From NCBI GenBank assembly GCA_030704615.1, contig CM060731.1, forward strand, positions 82,150,001 through 82,214,000: a DNA stretch of 64,000 bases, given 5' to 3'. Below, piece by piece: positions 12,436 to 23,327 of this stretch; position 1 is the stretch's first letter, and every line of letters starts with the position of its first letter. The notes under the pieces were generated by a model, which saw only the letters and a program-made list of their open reading frames with translations, did not search any database and was not told the origin of the DNA. Position numbers and translations under genes: made by a program. Origin of the DNA: Takakia lepidozioides. Its lineage: Eukaryota > Plantae > Bryophyta.

Positions 12436-15411
12436 CTATCCAATGCATTGTGGACATAACCAATCCCCATCTGGAACCATCTCAAGAGGTGGAGTCAAGC
12501 ACCCCATATGCCAACCTCTAGAGCATCGATCACACACCAGCATGGTGGCTGCCCCTTTAGCAGACCCACACAACATGCACCTCAAACCTGCAGATACCAC
12601 TGCCAGGTTTGGGTCAATCCTGCCATCGACATTCGGAAGGTGACATGGCGCACAATTACGCACATGGTCCTTCCAAGTTATGCCATCCCGACCCTCCAAG
12701 ACCAAGACGCCTGAGGGCAAGACCTCTCGAACCCTCAAAATAACACGTCCTGCAGTCACATCCAGGGTCGTAGGAGCAGTCTGCTGCAGATAGACATAGT
12801 CACCAGGGTTGAATCTCCGAACCCCAGGACGATAGCCCCCACCACGTATGGTAGCATACCTCAACGTATCACGGTGTTGTGCAATGGCAAGGTTCTCGAA
12901 AGCCATGGGCATGACTCTCTTGAACAACTCTGCACGCTGCTCACATGCACGTGCCCACACGTCCGGATCGTCAAGGTTAAGAACTGTAGCAGCTTCTCTG
13001 CGAATGGATGTAGGCAAATCCGGCTCTCGGCCAAAGAGAAGAAAGTATGGTGAGAAGGAGGCAAGTGATGCTTGCTTGCTGAACCTGTAGCCCATGGCTA
13101 ACCAGGGTAACTGAAGGTCCCAATCTCCTAGGTGTCCCTTCTGCAAGCCATACTTGCGCAAACCCCTCTTTACTGTCTGAACAACTCTCTCTGCCAAGCC
13201 ATCGGCCTCAGGATGATCCCGAGAAGTGGTGCGGTGGTCTATCAAGGCCTTGTCACACAAAGCCTGAAACTCCCCCAAGAACTCTCTCCCTTGGTCCGTG
13301 AGTACCTCAGCTGGAGCACCGAATCGGCTAAGCACACAATCCAAGAATGCATACGCAGCTCCCTCACTAGCCTTATCAGGCAATGGAACCAATTCAATCC
13401 ACTTGGAGAAGTGCTCCACCATCACCAACACGTACTTGTTGTGGCGCATGGTCAGTGGCAACGGCCCTGCGAAGTCAAGACTCCACCTGTAGCCCAATCC
13501 CATGATCGGAAGAGGGTGCAATTGTGGAGTAGGGGCGTTGAATGAAGCACGCACCCTGTCACACACCATGCACCTAGCCACAAATTGTTGCACCTCTGTG
13601 TGCATACCACGCCACCAATACTGCCCCTGCAGTAGGCTATGGGTGCGTCGCACCCCAAAATGCCCCAACTCCTCGTGGGCATGCCGCACTAACCGTGCCC
13701 GCTGTGTTGGGTGAGGCACAATCCTCACTCGACCATCCTCCCACACTCGGAGCAGGTGTGTCCCCTCCCACTTGAACCTCTTGGCTTGTTGTAGGATCCG
13801 ATCCCTCTCCTTGGCAGTCACAGTGGCTGCCGTGTCTCCAGTGCGGAGGTAGTCCAACACAACTGAATCCTCATGTATATCTTTGGCGCCACCTTGCTCA
13901 TTGCTGGCCTCCGGGTCCTCAGACACTTGATCTACAGTCATCCCTGTTGCAGGTCCAACCTGGCCTTCCGCTGCCAAGATACACAGAAATGCAGATGCAT
14001 GCCATCCGGGCACCATCTCCTCGTCCGTCTCACCATGCCACCGAGCTCCAGTGTCATCCTGCTGGCTCGTGCATGGATTGCGACTCAACCCATCTGCATT
14101 GCGATTGACCAAACCCGGTCGATGCACCACCTGAAAGTCATACTCTTGAAGGATGAGTGCCCACCGTGCAAGCTTCCCCGTAAGCTTGTCTGACTCCATC
14201 AACCACTTGAGTGGTTGGTGATCTGTGACAAGGGTGAAGAGATTGCCGTATAGATAGCACCTGAAGTGTGCCACGGCCCACACTGCAGCTAAGCATTCTC
14301 CCTCATATGAGCTATACTTAGACTCTGCAGCATTGTTCGAGCGGCTAGCATAAGCCACTACAAACTCTCTTCCCTCATCATCCACCTGTGTGAGCACCGC
14401 TCCAAGCCCCAGCATGCTCCAATCTGTATGCAGCTGAAAAGGACGCCCCCTGATAGGTCGTCTCAAGATGGGCGCCGAGGTCAACCTCGCCTTGAGCTCT
14501 TGAAAAGCTTGTTCTTGCTCATCTTCCCACTGCCACTCCTGGTCCACCTTGGTCAGCTTGGTTAGAGCCTTTGCAATGGCACTAAATCCCTTAACAAACC
14601 GTCTGTAATAGTTTGCTAACCCCATGAAAGCTCGAACTCGGCTCACATCCGTGGGGCGTGGAACCTGTGCAATGGACTCTACCTTAGTCTGTTGTACCCC
14701 CAATCCTCCAGGATATATCATGTGACCCAGATACTCAATCTGGTTGTGGAAAAACTTGCACTTGCCCGGATGTAACTTCAATCTGTGCGTCCTCAAACGC
14801 TCAAATACCCCCTGAAGGTGTCTCTCATGCTCCTCCACCGTAGCACTAAAGATGATGATGTCATCTATGTAGCACCGAGCAAACTCCACCCCTGCTAGAA
14901 TCCTGTCCATGACTCTTTGAAACTCAGCGGGAGCGTTTTTAAGCCCAAATGGTAAGAACCGCCACTGGTATAGGCAATCCTTCCCGTGCTCATTGATCCC
15001 CCAGAATGCCGTCTTTTGCTTATCCACCTCCTTGATTGGCAACTGGTGATATCCGGATCGTAAATCCAACGTGCTAAAGACCTTGGAATGCCCAATGGCA
15101 TCAAAGATCTCCTCTGGTGTCGGCATGGCATACCTATCGGACTTGGTCTGATGATTTACAGGCCGGTAATCACCGCACATACGTCTCTCCGTCCAATTGC
15201 CATAGACATCCTTCTTGGCTGGCATCACTGTGGCTGAAGCATACTCTCCACCAGAGAGCTCCACCAAACCTGCCTCCCAGAGATCTTGAGTCCTCATCTG
15301 AATCAAAGACCTCTCCATGTCACTGTATCTATAGGGTCTCCGAAATATTGGCGTGTCAGTGGCCAACTCAATACGGATCTCTTGACCCTTCAGTGCTCCC
15401 AAGTCTTTCAA
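12436..15411 (-). CDS. pol: Pol: RT - RNase H - DDE integrase - C-terminal PHD finger
   Basis: 991-aa open ORF: LDLRSGYHQ, LPFGLKNAP, YIDDII; LHTDWS, TDHQPL, NADGLSR; HEELGH..CMVC, WSLDF, LTDQG, LAER. C4HC3 PHD CMLC..CDRC..WHMGC..WLCPQC at ~12439-12585. Confidence 0.96.
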   Translation of the reverse strand: MKDLGALKGQEIRIELATDTPIFRRPYRYSDMERSLIQMRTQDLWEAGLVELSGGEYASATVMPAKKDVYGNWTERRMCGDYRPVNHQTKSDRYAMPTPEEIFDAIGHSKVFSTLDLRSGYHQLPIKEVDKQKTAFWGINEHGKDCLYQWRFLPFGLKNAPAEFQRVMDRILAGVEFARCYIDDIIIFSATVEEHERHLQGVFERLRTHRLKLHPGKCKFFHNQIEYLGHMIYPGGLGVQQTKVESIAQVPRPTDVSRVRAFMGLANYYRRFVKGFSAIAKALTKLTKVDQEWQWEDEQEQAFQELKARLTSAPILRRPIRGRPFQLHTDWSMLGLGAVLTQVDDEGREFVVAYASRSNNAAESKYSSYEGECLAAVWAVAHFRCYLYGNLFTLVTDHQPLKWLMESDKLTGKLARWALILQEYDFQVVHRPGLVNRNADGLSRNPCTSQQDDTGARWHGETDEEMVPGWHASAFLCILAAEGQVGPATGMTVDQVSEDPEASNEQGGAKDIHEDSVVLDYLRTGDTAATVTAKERDRILQQAKRFKWEGTHLLRVWEDGRVRIVPHPTQRARLVRHAHEELGHFGVRRTHSLLQGQYWWRGMHTEVQQFVARCMVCDRVRASFNAPTPQLHPLPIMGLGYRWSLDFAGPLPLTMRHNKYVLVMVEHFSKWIELVPLPDKASEGAAYAFLDCVLSRFGAPAEVLTDQGREFLGEFQALCDKALIDHRTTSRDHPEADGLAERVVQTVKRGLRKYGLQKGHLGDWDLQLPWLAMGYRFSKQASLASFSPYFLLFGREPDLPTSIRREAATVLNLDDPDVWARACEQRAELFKRVMPMAFENLAIAQHRDTLRYATIRGGGYRPGVRRFNPGDYVYLQQTAPTTLDVTAGRVILRVREVLPSGVLVLEGRDGITWKDHVRNCAPCHLPNVDGRIDPNLAVVSAGLRCMLCGSAKGAATMLVCDRCSRGWHMGCLTPPLEMVPDGDWLCPQCIG

Positions 15412-15440
15412 ACTGAAGGCAAAGCAATTCCTGTAAACCC

Positions 15441-16868
15441 TCAGGAACCGCCGTATACGTCGTCTCTCTCCTCCGGTGACAATGGGTCCAATGTCAGGCT
15501 CCCAATTGTCCTCCGTAACTGCAACCTTAAGTCCAGTGGGCTTAGAGGTAGAGGACGCGTCCCGTGGTTGCTATGCTGCAACCTTTGAGCAGTACTCCCT
15601 TCCTGCTCAGTCAATGACAAGGCCTCATCCTGCCCCATCATCTCATCATTGAGAACCTCCTCATCCCGAGAAGAATCCCCAACCTCATCCATCACAGCTG
15701 CCTTGGCTGTCAACTCCCTCTGAACCTCGAGCACCTCCCACGTGTGCCATGGATGTCTACACCCCGTGGTCCTCACCGGCTCGCCCCCACTCGCTGCCTG
15801 TACCGTCTCGGTAGGCAGAGAGACCATCAAGGGAAGTGCACTTTGCACTCTACGTTGCTCAGCCATAGCCAAGCTGATAATCCAGGTCAAGCAATTGAGA
15901 TCCATTGCTTGCCCCAACACCTGACACCGTGATGCCTCAGAAAGAGAAGGCACCGCCGTGGTCCCAGTGGAAAACCCCATAGCCCGCTCTCGCTCGTCGG
16001 CATTAGGCTCCACTAACTGCTGCAACTGAGCATCCCACAGGAGGCCAGGTCCACCATCCCGAAAAGCATGGGATCCTGGGAAGCTGAGCAGTGTAGGTAA
16101 TGCTGCTCGTGGTTGACCCACCCTATTGACCACTGCCAAAGGCGAACGGTCATCGTGTCTCACACGTTGAGACTGCCTCCCTGTGTCCAAAATGCCATCC
16201 ACGGTAAGGTGTGCTGGCCGCGGCACCCCATCAAATGCACGCTTGAGCAGTGCGGGTGGCATCAAGTTAGTCCACCATAGTCGTGGACGATGAGCCCGTG
16301 ACCCCACTGCAGCTGCATCCAGCAACACTGCTGACCCAAGCCACGACCGGACTTGATGCACACTGGCCATCACCCTGGCCCGAGAATCACCCATCAGTGG
16401 CACATTCTCCAAGATGTATGCTGAAGATACAGCTTGATGAAGTTGCAAGTAGCGCAAAATCCGCACCATCTCCCAAAACAGACCCGTCCTCGAGTCTCGC
16501 AATCCATTGCCATGCCCGGCTGATGAATGCCCTTGGCAGGGCCAACCTGCCACTACGAGATCAATGGAGCCAACCTGCTCCAAATCCTGCGCCCCCAGCA
16601 AAGAAATGTCTGCTGGCAAGGCTTGTTGGTATCCACGAACTGCAGACACTGGCAACAAGTCAGGGTATTGCTGTACCAACTGAGCAACATGGCGCAGTGA
16701 GACGCGTCGTGCAGTCTCATCCCTCTCCACATACAGGTAACGCCTTACCCGCACACCTGCCTGTAGCACAGCAGCCAATCCGGTGCTGATCCCGCCAAAC
16801 AAGTCCAGAAGGCAAATGCCTTCATCCGGATACTGCCACACAATAGGTGTGGTATCCAATGGTGACAA
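15441..16868 (-). CDS. C5 DNA cytosine methyltransferase domain (DNMT3-like motif order) between protease and RT
   Basis: Motif I LDLFGGIST, II YVERD, IV AGWPCQG (catalytic Cys present), VI ILENV, VIII AHRPRLWWTN, IX ERERAMGF, X VLGQAM. Domain ~15880-16820. Confidence 0.95.
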   Translation of the reverse strand: MSPLDTTPIVWQYPDEGICLLDLFGGISTGLAAVLQAGVRVRRYLYVERDETARRVSLRHVAQLVQQYPDLLPVSAVRGYQQALPADISLLGAQDLEQVGSIDLVVAGWPCQGHSSAGHGNGLRDSRTGLFWEMVRILRYLQLHQAVSSAYILENVPLMGDSRARVMASVHQVRSWLGSAVLLDAAAVGSRAHRPRLWWTNLMPPALLKRAFDGVPRPAHLTVDGILDTGRQSQRVRHDDRSPLAVVNRVGQPRAALPTLLSFPGSHAFRDGGPGLLWDAQLQQLVEPNADERERAMGFSTGTTAVPSLSEASRCQVLGQAMDLNCLTWIISLAMAEQRRVQSALPLMVSLPTETVQAASGGEPVRTTGCRHPWHTWEVLEVQRELTAKAAVMDEVGDSSRDEEVLNDEMMGQDEALSLTEQEGSTAQRLQHSNHGTRPLPLSPLDLRLQLRRTIGSLTLDPLSPEERDDVYGGS

Positions 16869-16927
16869 CTGAGGTGGTCCTGGTGCAATACCCGCACTCT
16901 TCTCCTCTCCTGACGGTACAAAAGCCT

Positions 16928-17460
16928 CTACCCAGGCTTGCCATGCATGTCATCTTGCTTTACTGGAGGTGGCACATCCTCTGCATGGGCATTGCCTTCC
17001 AGCAACTCTCCAGGCCAACTAACTGCAGCTATAAAGGCGGCTAGTGTTGGCATCTTGCCCCGCTGGGCAGCCGCTATACCCCCAATGAATGTCACAGGGA
17101 GCTGTGCACGGCGACCATCGCCTGACTGCCATCTAGGCCTGTAGGATGCTGACTCCTCCCAAAAGTCTAGGGTGAAGCCCATGGGGTATAACACTGCCCC
17201 ACCAACGAGGACATCGTAAGAGACCGCGTCTGTCACAATGGCCTTGGCTCGCATTACTGAACCATCGATAGGATGATCCGGCTGCAGTCTAATGGCCAAC
17301 TGATGCCGTGTCATGCCCCGAGCCTGCTCTGATCCTCCCAGAGATGTCTGTATCTGGAAAGGACAAGGCTCCATATCCGCCTCCATGAGGCCCAAACCTG
17401 CAATAGCAGCTCTGCCTAACATCAGTGGCTGGCTCCCGAGTCCAACAAGACCCGCAGTGG
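16928..17460 (-). CDS. Retroviral-type aspartic protease (frameshift right after the active site)
   Basis: VLLDSGA ends ORF 17422-19008 and continues as MLGRAA...YDVLVGGAVL in ORF 16928-17422. Adding one base gives DSGAQPLMLG. Confidence 0.85.
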
Positions 17461-19683
17461 CCGGTACTTCTTGCCTGCCGGTCCACTCAAAGTGAAAATG
17501 CCTCCCTGGTTGTCTAACAAGACAACTCCAGGTGTCACTGTGGCGCGCTCAAAGGCTGGCCTAGCTGGCAGCTCCGTCAATCTGGCAGCTGCAGCTTGCC
17601 AGGGCACTGCCGTGGCAGTCTTGACCCTCAAATCCGAGGATCCCTCTGCCACTACACCTTCCACTAACTCCGCAGAAGATGAAGTGACCTCCCCACTCTC
17701 ACAGAGTGTTGCTGCTAGTCTGAACACTGCAGCTGGTCTCACTCCCGGCGTCGCAATCATGGTTGCCGAGAACAGTGGGGCTTGACACACAGAGGTGGCT
17801 GCCCCCAACAACACACCGGCTGCACTAGCCTTGGTAGCAGGTGTCAGTGCTGCACGTGTAGCTCTCCCCAATGGCATAGTAACCTCCGCCTTGGTAACAG
17901 TCGGGCGAGAACTAGGTGCCATGGATGGCGTCGACACAGTCTCCGCCAATGTGAATGACTGAGGAAGCCTCGCCTGACGGCTTGCCTCCCCACGCTGTGG
18001 ATCCAATTCCACCTCTGCACCTCGTGGCTCAGGAACTCGTGCTGCTCCTCGAGTCACGGCTGCAGCAGACTCCACCTGCTCTAGTGGTAGTGCTGCTTTG
18101 CACATAAATCCCATGCCTCCCATATCTCCTCCCTCAGGAGCAGGAGGTGGGCCATCCCGCCTGGGAGCCGGTACCGCCTGAGCTATAGCCATGACAGCGA
18201 GCCTCTGCTCTAGCTGTTGAAGCCGGTTGGCCATGCCTTGATCAACACCCTGACCTCCGCGTCCTTGGCCATGTTGAGCTTGCCCTTGGCCTGCACCTCG
18301 TGCCCGACCACCTCGTCCTCTCTGGGCTGGTCCACCTTGCCCCCAGCCACCATTGTTCCCTTGGAACTGGCCTGGGCGCAACTCAGGATGCAAGTCATAA
18401 CACTGGGCATCTCCATGCCCATACTTGCCACAATGCCCACACTGCAACTGTGCAGGCTGTGCTTGTGCCGGCCTTCTGCCACCCTCTGGGCAATCTCTCT
18501 TGACATGGGGTCCTCCACATGTCCAACATATCACCCCTGGTTGCTGTTGGCCTGCAAAAGACGCCACGGGCCTCTGCACCTGAGGTCCCCTGTAAGCTCC
18601 ATGGAACTTGGGCTGGGCAGCCTTGCCCCCCTGACCACGCTGTTGGGCAATCCCTTGTGCCTGTGGGCTGACAGCTGTGCCCCGTGCAGGTATGTCCTTG
18701 CCAAATCCAATTGTAACAACTCGCTCCTCCACCATGTTGAGCTCAATCCGCTCAGCCAGCAGAAACACATCTGCTAATGTGGGTTGGGCTGCTTGTAACA
18801 GGGTTGCATCTCGCACCCTTCTTTTGAGCTCCTTGTCCAGAATTCCATACCAAAACTGGATTGCCTGAGCTTCAGTAACCCCTTGGGTCACACTTATCAA
18901 GCGCCTCATACGAGTGTACGCCTCTTGCAGGCTCTCACTGGGTTTGTGCTGGAAATCTTGCAAACTTCGCAGCTTCTCTGTCCGTACGCCTTGGTAGTTC
19001 CTCCGCAACTCCTAGAAGAACTCCACCACCGGGTTGAATCTAGGCACATGTGTTGTAGTCATGGCAGGAGGAGTAGTAGCACCTTTTGAACTGGTACCAC
19101 CTGTAGAAGCACCAGCACTACTTGCTCCACTACTAGTGCTGGCAGTGGGAGCTACTGGTACTGATGCAGCTACTAGTCGCGTCGTGCCTCGAGTAATGGA
19201 GACGTAGTCAGGTGACCAATACATCCTCCACTCCTCAATCTCTGCTTCATGTCCTCGCCTGAACTCGTGGTAATCGTCCATAGGCGGGCCTTCCAAATGC
19301 TGGAACAGTCCCTTCCACGCCATGAATGGGGTGAATAGCTGTGGATTGCGCATCTGCTGCAAATCACACCAGCTGTCGAACTCCTGGATAAAGTCATCCA
19401 ACTCGATTGTGCCCACAGCTCCAGAGTACCTACGAGGCCCCTTGGTAGCTCCATACATCTCCTTCATGTCGTCCCACAACAATGGCGAATGAAAGTGCAC
19501 ACCAGTTGATGAAGCCTCCGAGTCTGTGTCTGACTCTACAGTAATTGAGGGTGGCGGTGAAGGTGGTCTGAACCGAATACCTCGTCTTGTGAACCCACTC
19601 TCACTGTTACTGCCTGTAGCCGTACTCCCCTCAAAACCCTTGGGTAACTCCGTAATGACACTCACAATGTGCACCTCCTCCAC
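17422..19683 (-). CDS. gag: Gag with two zinc knuckles; one in-frame TAG at 19012-19014
   Basis: RRYSG..ELDDFIQEF; FQHKPSESLQEAYTR..QFWYG; CWTCGGPHVKRDC and CGHCGKYGHGDAQC. The two ORFs are in the same frame (FF*ELRRNY). Confidence 0.88.
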
Positions 19684-20202
19684 GTGACACTATAAGGCTC
19701 TAGTACTAATCTAATAGTGACACGGGTGGGCACCTGTTGCAGTTTAAGGGTCATATCCCAATGGCTCAGGGCACCTGCACCTGCATCCACCGCAAGAACT
19801 CCTATGGTTGGCTGGTCATCAACCCAGCCTCACCATAGAAGAAACACTGGTGGTCTTGCTGCTCATCACTCCAGCCTCACCACCGACAACATACTCTAGG
19901 ATTGACCGGTGATCAAATCCGGCCTAATCCCTATGAAAGCAAGCGCCCACACAAAACCAACATGGCGCACAGTCAAGCATGCAGGTGTTGGGGGGGATCC
20001 AAACACAAGAAATCAAAACATCAACACCCCCACACCAAAATCCAGCAGCAACGCTGATCCTGCAGAATATCCCAGCCCAAAGCCCCGGACTGACTGGCCT
20101 CCACCAAGAGAGGCTTTGGCAACTACGAGTACAAGGTAATGAAAATAGTACAGAGATGGAGGGGAAGAATAGAAGCCCGCCCAAGCAAGATCTAATCCTG
20201 AT

Positions 20203-20952
20203 CTATGCTATCAACTTCCAGACTTCTCTCAAAGTGCCTCGCTCTGCATGATGGTAAGGTGTAGGAGGTATATCTATGTCCAGAAACCTGCCACTAACCT
20301 TGTCCCAAGCTACAGTAGCTCGCTCTAACCAACCCTCCTCCTCTTTCTGCCAGGTAGAGACAAAGCAATACTCTGCTATCTCCCGCTCACTGAACACTAA
20401 AGAAAACAAAGGTAGGGTCTGATAGTCTCTCAACTCGAAAGCTTTGAGACGGTTGCGGGTATCCTCATTGCGAATGGCTGCATCTCCTTCACGCACAACA
20501 AACATGTCATTGCTGATGAACCCCCGCTCGTGGTTGCCCTGTGCAGAGCGTATCCGGCTGCAACCATGTCTGATTGCACAAACTTGTGTAGCTCCTGCTC
20601 CTCTGCTCCAGTATACCACGGCCTTGTGGCTGAACACCTTGGTCCCCAGGGCTGTCTTTGGCTGTGTTCCAAGCCTAGCTTTCACCCACTTTGGTATTTC
20701 ACCTAAAGTTGCAGAACTGCTGGCTCCAACAGAGTTCTGACTGTCCAAGGCGATATTGAGGCCCTCAATGCCAACTACAGCAGTCTGTTGTCTACTGCTA
20801 ATGCCTGACTCCCAGTATGCAATCAACTCGTCCAACTGTTCTCCACTCAAATCAGTCTGAGTTCCTTGGGAAACATAAATCTTGTCCCCTTTGGTGCACA
20901 GGCTAAGAGAAGAGACATGCCCTTCAACGACGTCCTCATTTCCCCCAGCCAT
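20203..20952 (-). CDS. Additional sense ORF upstream of gag, unknown function (249 aa)
   Basis: ATG-initiated uninterrupted ORF inside the element with globular-looking composition; no motif recognised. Confidence 0.5.
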   Translation of the reverse strand: MAGGNEDVVEGHVSSLSLCTKGDKIYVSQGTQTDLSGEQLDELIAYWESGISSRQQTAVVGIEGLNIALDSQNSVGASSSATLGEIPKWVKARLGTQPKTALGTKVFSHKAVVYWSRGAGATQVCAIRHGCSRIRSAQGNHERGFISNDMFVVREGDAAIRNEDTRNRLKAFELRDYQTLPLFSLVFSEREIAEYCFVSTWQKEEEGWLERATVAWDKVSGRFLDIDIPPTPYHHAERGTLREVWKLIA

Positions 20953-21438
20953 ACAAGGAGTACATCCACAGATTTGTCTCTAATATAGACCAGCACAGGT
21001 TCTAGAAACAGGATTGTGGATCTTTCATGGCACGCTCACACTCTAAAAATTCCATACATTTTTAGCAAAGTCCCAAAAACAGAAACCAAGTCTAGATAGG
21101 TAGATTTCCCCTTTCTGCAGCTATCCCCTCAAAAACTGAGTCAAACGGAGCTCATTTGACAAAGATATGACCAACCAGGCTCTTTAAACATTTAAATTAG
21201 ATCAAAAAGGTTTTTTTTTTTTTTTTTTAACACCAAAACGCTTTTGCCATTACAACCTGTTCCCAGGTTATCTACGAGTTCCCGAGGTCGTTCCCCTCCA
21301 GGATTCTCCAGGCACCAAGAGCTCGTTAATTCCAAAACTCGACCTCAGTTGGGTGGGGTATCACACCCTGGAGGCGACTTGCTTTTCTCTGCGCGTGGGC
21401 CTGCCTCCTCGAGCTTTCACGACGGCACGGCAGCAGCC

Positions 21439-21480
21439 ATGTTTACGGCACGCAGGAAGATTCAGAAGGAGAAGGGGGCG
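21439..21480 (+). pseudogene. Captured N-terminal fragment of 40S ribosomal protein S7 (eS7)
   Basis: MFTARRKIQKEKG resembles the plant RPS7 N-terminus; only ~14 codons. Confidence 0.6.
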
Positions 21481-21654
21481 ATTCTTCCCAGTGAACCCTC
21501 GAGAGACGAGTCCCGTGTATCAGCAGGTGCTGGAGATGCTCGAGATCTAGAATTGCTGTGAAATGGGCTTCCAGTGCTCGCCCTGCGAGGGCTTGGATTG
21601 CCTTGTGTGGATTGCCCTCTTCAGAACAGCTTGATGCAAGGCACTGTAAGCTGC

Positions 21655-21765
21655 TGATTCGCTATCCAGTGATGGAAAGAGTGGTGTGGCTGGGGTGTCA
21701 ATAGCCAGTCGTAGTCATTCTTGTCTATATCAGCATTGAGCAAGTCGCTCCCCACTCCTTTTCGC
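21655..21765 (-). pseudogene. Captured fragment of a plant basic proline-rich (BPP-like) protein gene
   Basis: LLNADIDKNDYDWLLTP followed, after a frameshift, by ATPLFPSLD; this is a conserved plant motif. Confidence 0.65.
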
Positions 21766-21775
21766 TTGTGGAAAG

Positions 21776-22105
21776 GATTGTGGAAGACGAGCGCGTTGCC
21801 ATCAAAATGGCGGAGTTTGTTCGATTGAACACACTCGGTGTATCCCAGGATGCACAAGCCCGGGCAACCACCTTACTCCGGACACTCATGACTGGCTACG
21901 CGCAACTGGCTGTCGAGTACGGGGGACTGATGGACGCGACGAAGCAGCCCTTCTTCCATTATGGCCAGGCGGTGATGGAGGAGAGATGGAAGAAGCTGCG
22001 GCAGAAGTTGGAGGGCAGCACGCGCTTCGCTTTGCCTGATTATGACCCCTTACACTGTTCCTTCTTGGGAAAGATGTTTCGGCCCAACCCAGCTTTTGTA
22101 TGGCC
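21776..22105 (+). pseudogene. Captured intronless fragment of an alliinase/TAA1-TAR family aminotransferase
   Basis: MAEFVRLNTLGVSQDAQARA...FFHYGQAVMEERWKKL...CSF...PNPAFVW resembles the alliinase C-terminal domain. Confidence 0.75.
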
Positions 22106-23313
22106 GCGTTCAACCAGTTCTTCACCTCAGATACAAACCAGTTGCCCCCTGAGCCAGGTTGGCACCAATTACAGACTAGGTTGCACACAAAAACATTGGA
22201 GGAGTGAACTTCGTTCCTTTTCTCAACTGTGCATCACCAGTCGCAATCCATAGCAACAGCCCTTTCATAAGGAACAGAGACACAAGTCCCCAAAGAGCAC
22301 ATGAAACCACATGCAGGTGAAGGTGATCTGCCTACAATTTGCTGTCACAGCCTTGAGGCAACAGCCACAACATACCCATTGGAAGGAGCAGAAATGGTCT
22401 TGTGCATTTCAGAGCTTTCCTGGAGAACTCGTCTGACCATCCTTCTGCTACAATTGTGCATGTTGCTTGTACTAGATTGTTGCAGAAGCTACCTGCAAGT
22501 GGACAGAGTGGCATTTAGCATTTGCAGCTGACCCCTACAACCTCGCAAGCATCTTGTCAAGAAAGCTGATGCATTCGGTAAAGCCACGTTGCGCTGTGAA
22601 CTGCCTCCACAGCTGAGCCTCTGCTTCATTCAGTCTGGCAACGCCATTCTCTTCCCTGCAACAAAATCTTCTGCATCGTCCTCATCTCCTCATCGCAGAA
22701 TGGTGTGGCAGACGAGAACTCTCATGTCGCCACTGCTTAGGGCTGCTCCACGGACCTCAAAGCAGATTGATCAAGATTGCCCACACCAGTACAACCTGAC
22801 GCAGGCCCTTCTGAAGATGTCGCAACAAACTACAAACTGACTCTCTCACAGCCTCAAAAATACGGTAGCGGCTGTCAGCTCCAAGATTGAGTCCCTAGCA
22901 TAGCTTGAATGAGACGCATAGTTGTGGTTGAGAGCCTTGGACAGACGAAAAGACCCGACTTCCCCAACAATGCAAGAGCCCACAGAGAAAATAGAAGAAT
23001 GTGGGGATCTGCATATCTCTTGGACTCAGTACTCCACTAGATGACCCAAAAGACTGAGGACACAGTACGGTCGCCGTGCAAACCAGAAACAACATCTGTG
23101 CTCAGTCCACTGCTCGTAGCAACAGCATTCCATTGCTTGCTGCATCAGTATTGACCCCTTGCACATCTAGCTTCCAGCGAGCCTTGGCTACTCCTTCAAA
23201 CGTGATAGCGTTGCTCCTTCTGCTGGGCAGACTCATAGATTACCAAGTTATATTATAATAGTGCTAAAATAAAAAAACATCATATCTAGCTTAGCACTAG
23301 AAAACTAGATAGA

Positions 23314-23327
23314 TCATCTCTCTCGAG
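23314..23327 (-). promoter_or_regulatory. Self-complementary primer binding site
   Basis: tcatctctctcgag abuts the LTR end and is the exact reverse complement of ctcgagagagatga at 23522-23535 (and 11924-11937). Confidence 0.8.

Noticed and set aside
15441-16868. Bacterial restriction-modification MTase or contamination
   Set aside because: It is collinear with retroviral PR and RT inside TSD-flanked termini in plant TE context, and there is no endonuclease partner.
12395-19454. Many short antisense or alternate-frame ORFs over gag-pol
   Set aside because: Shadow ORFs of GC-rich coding sequence with no motifs.
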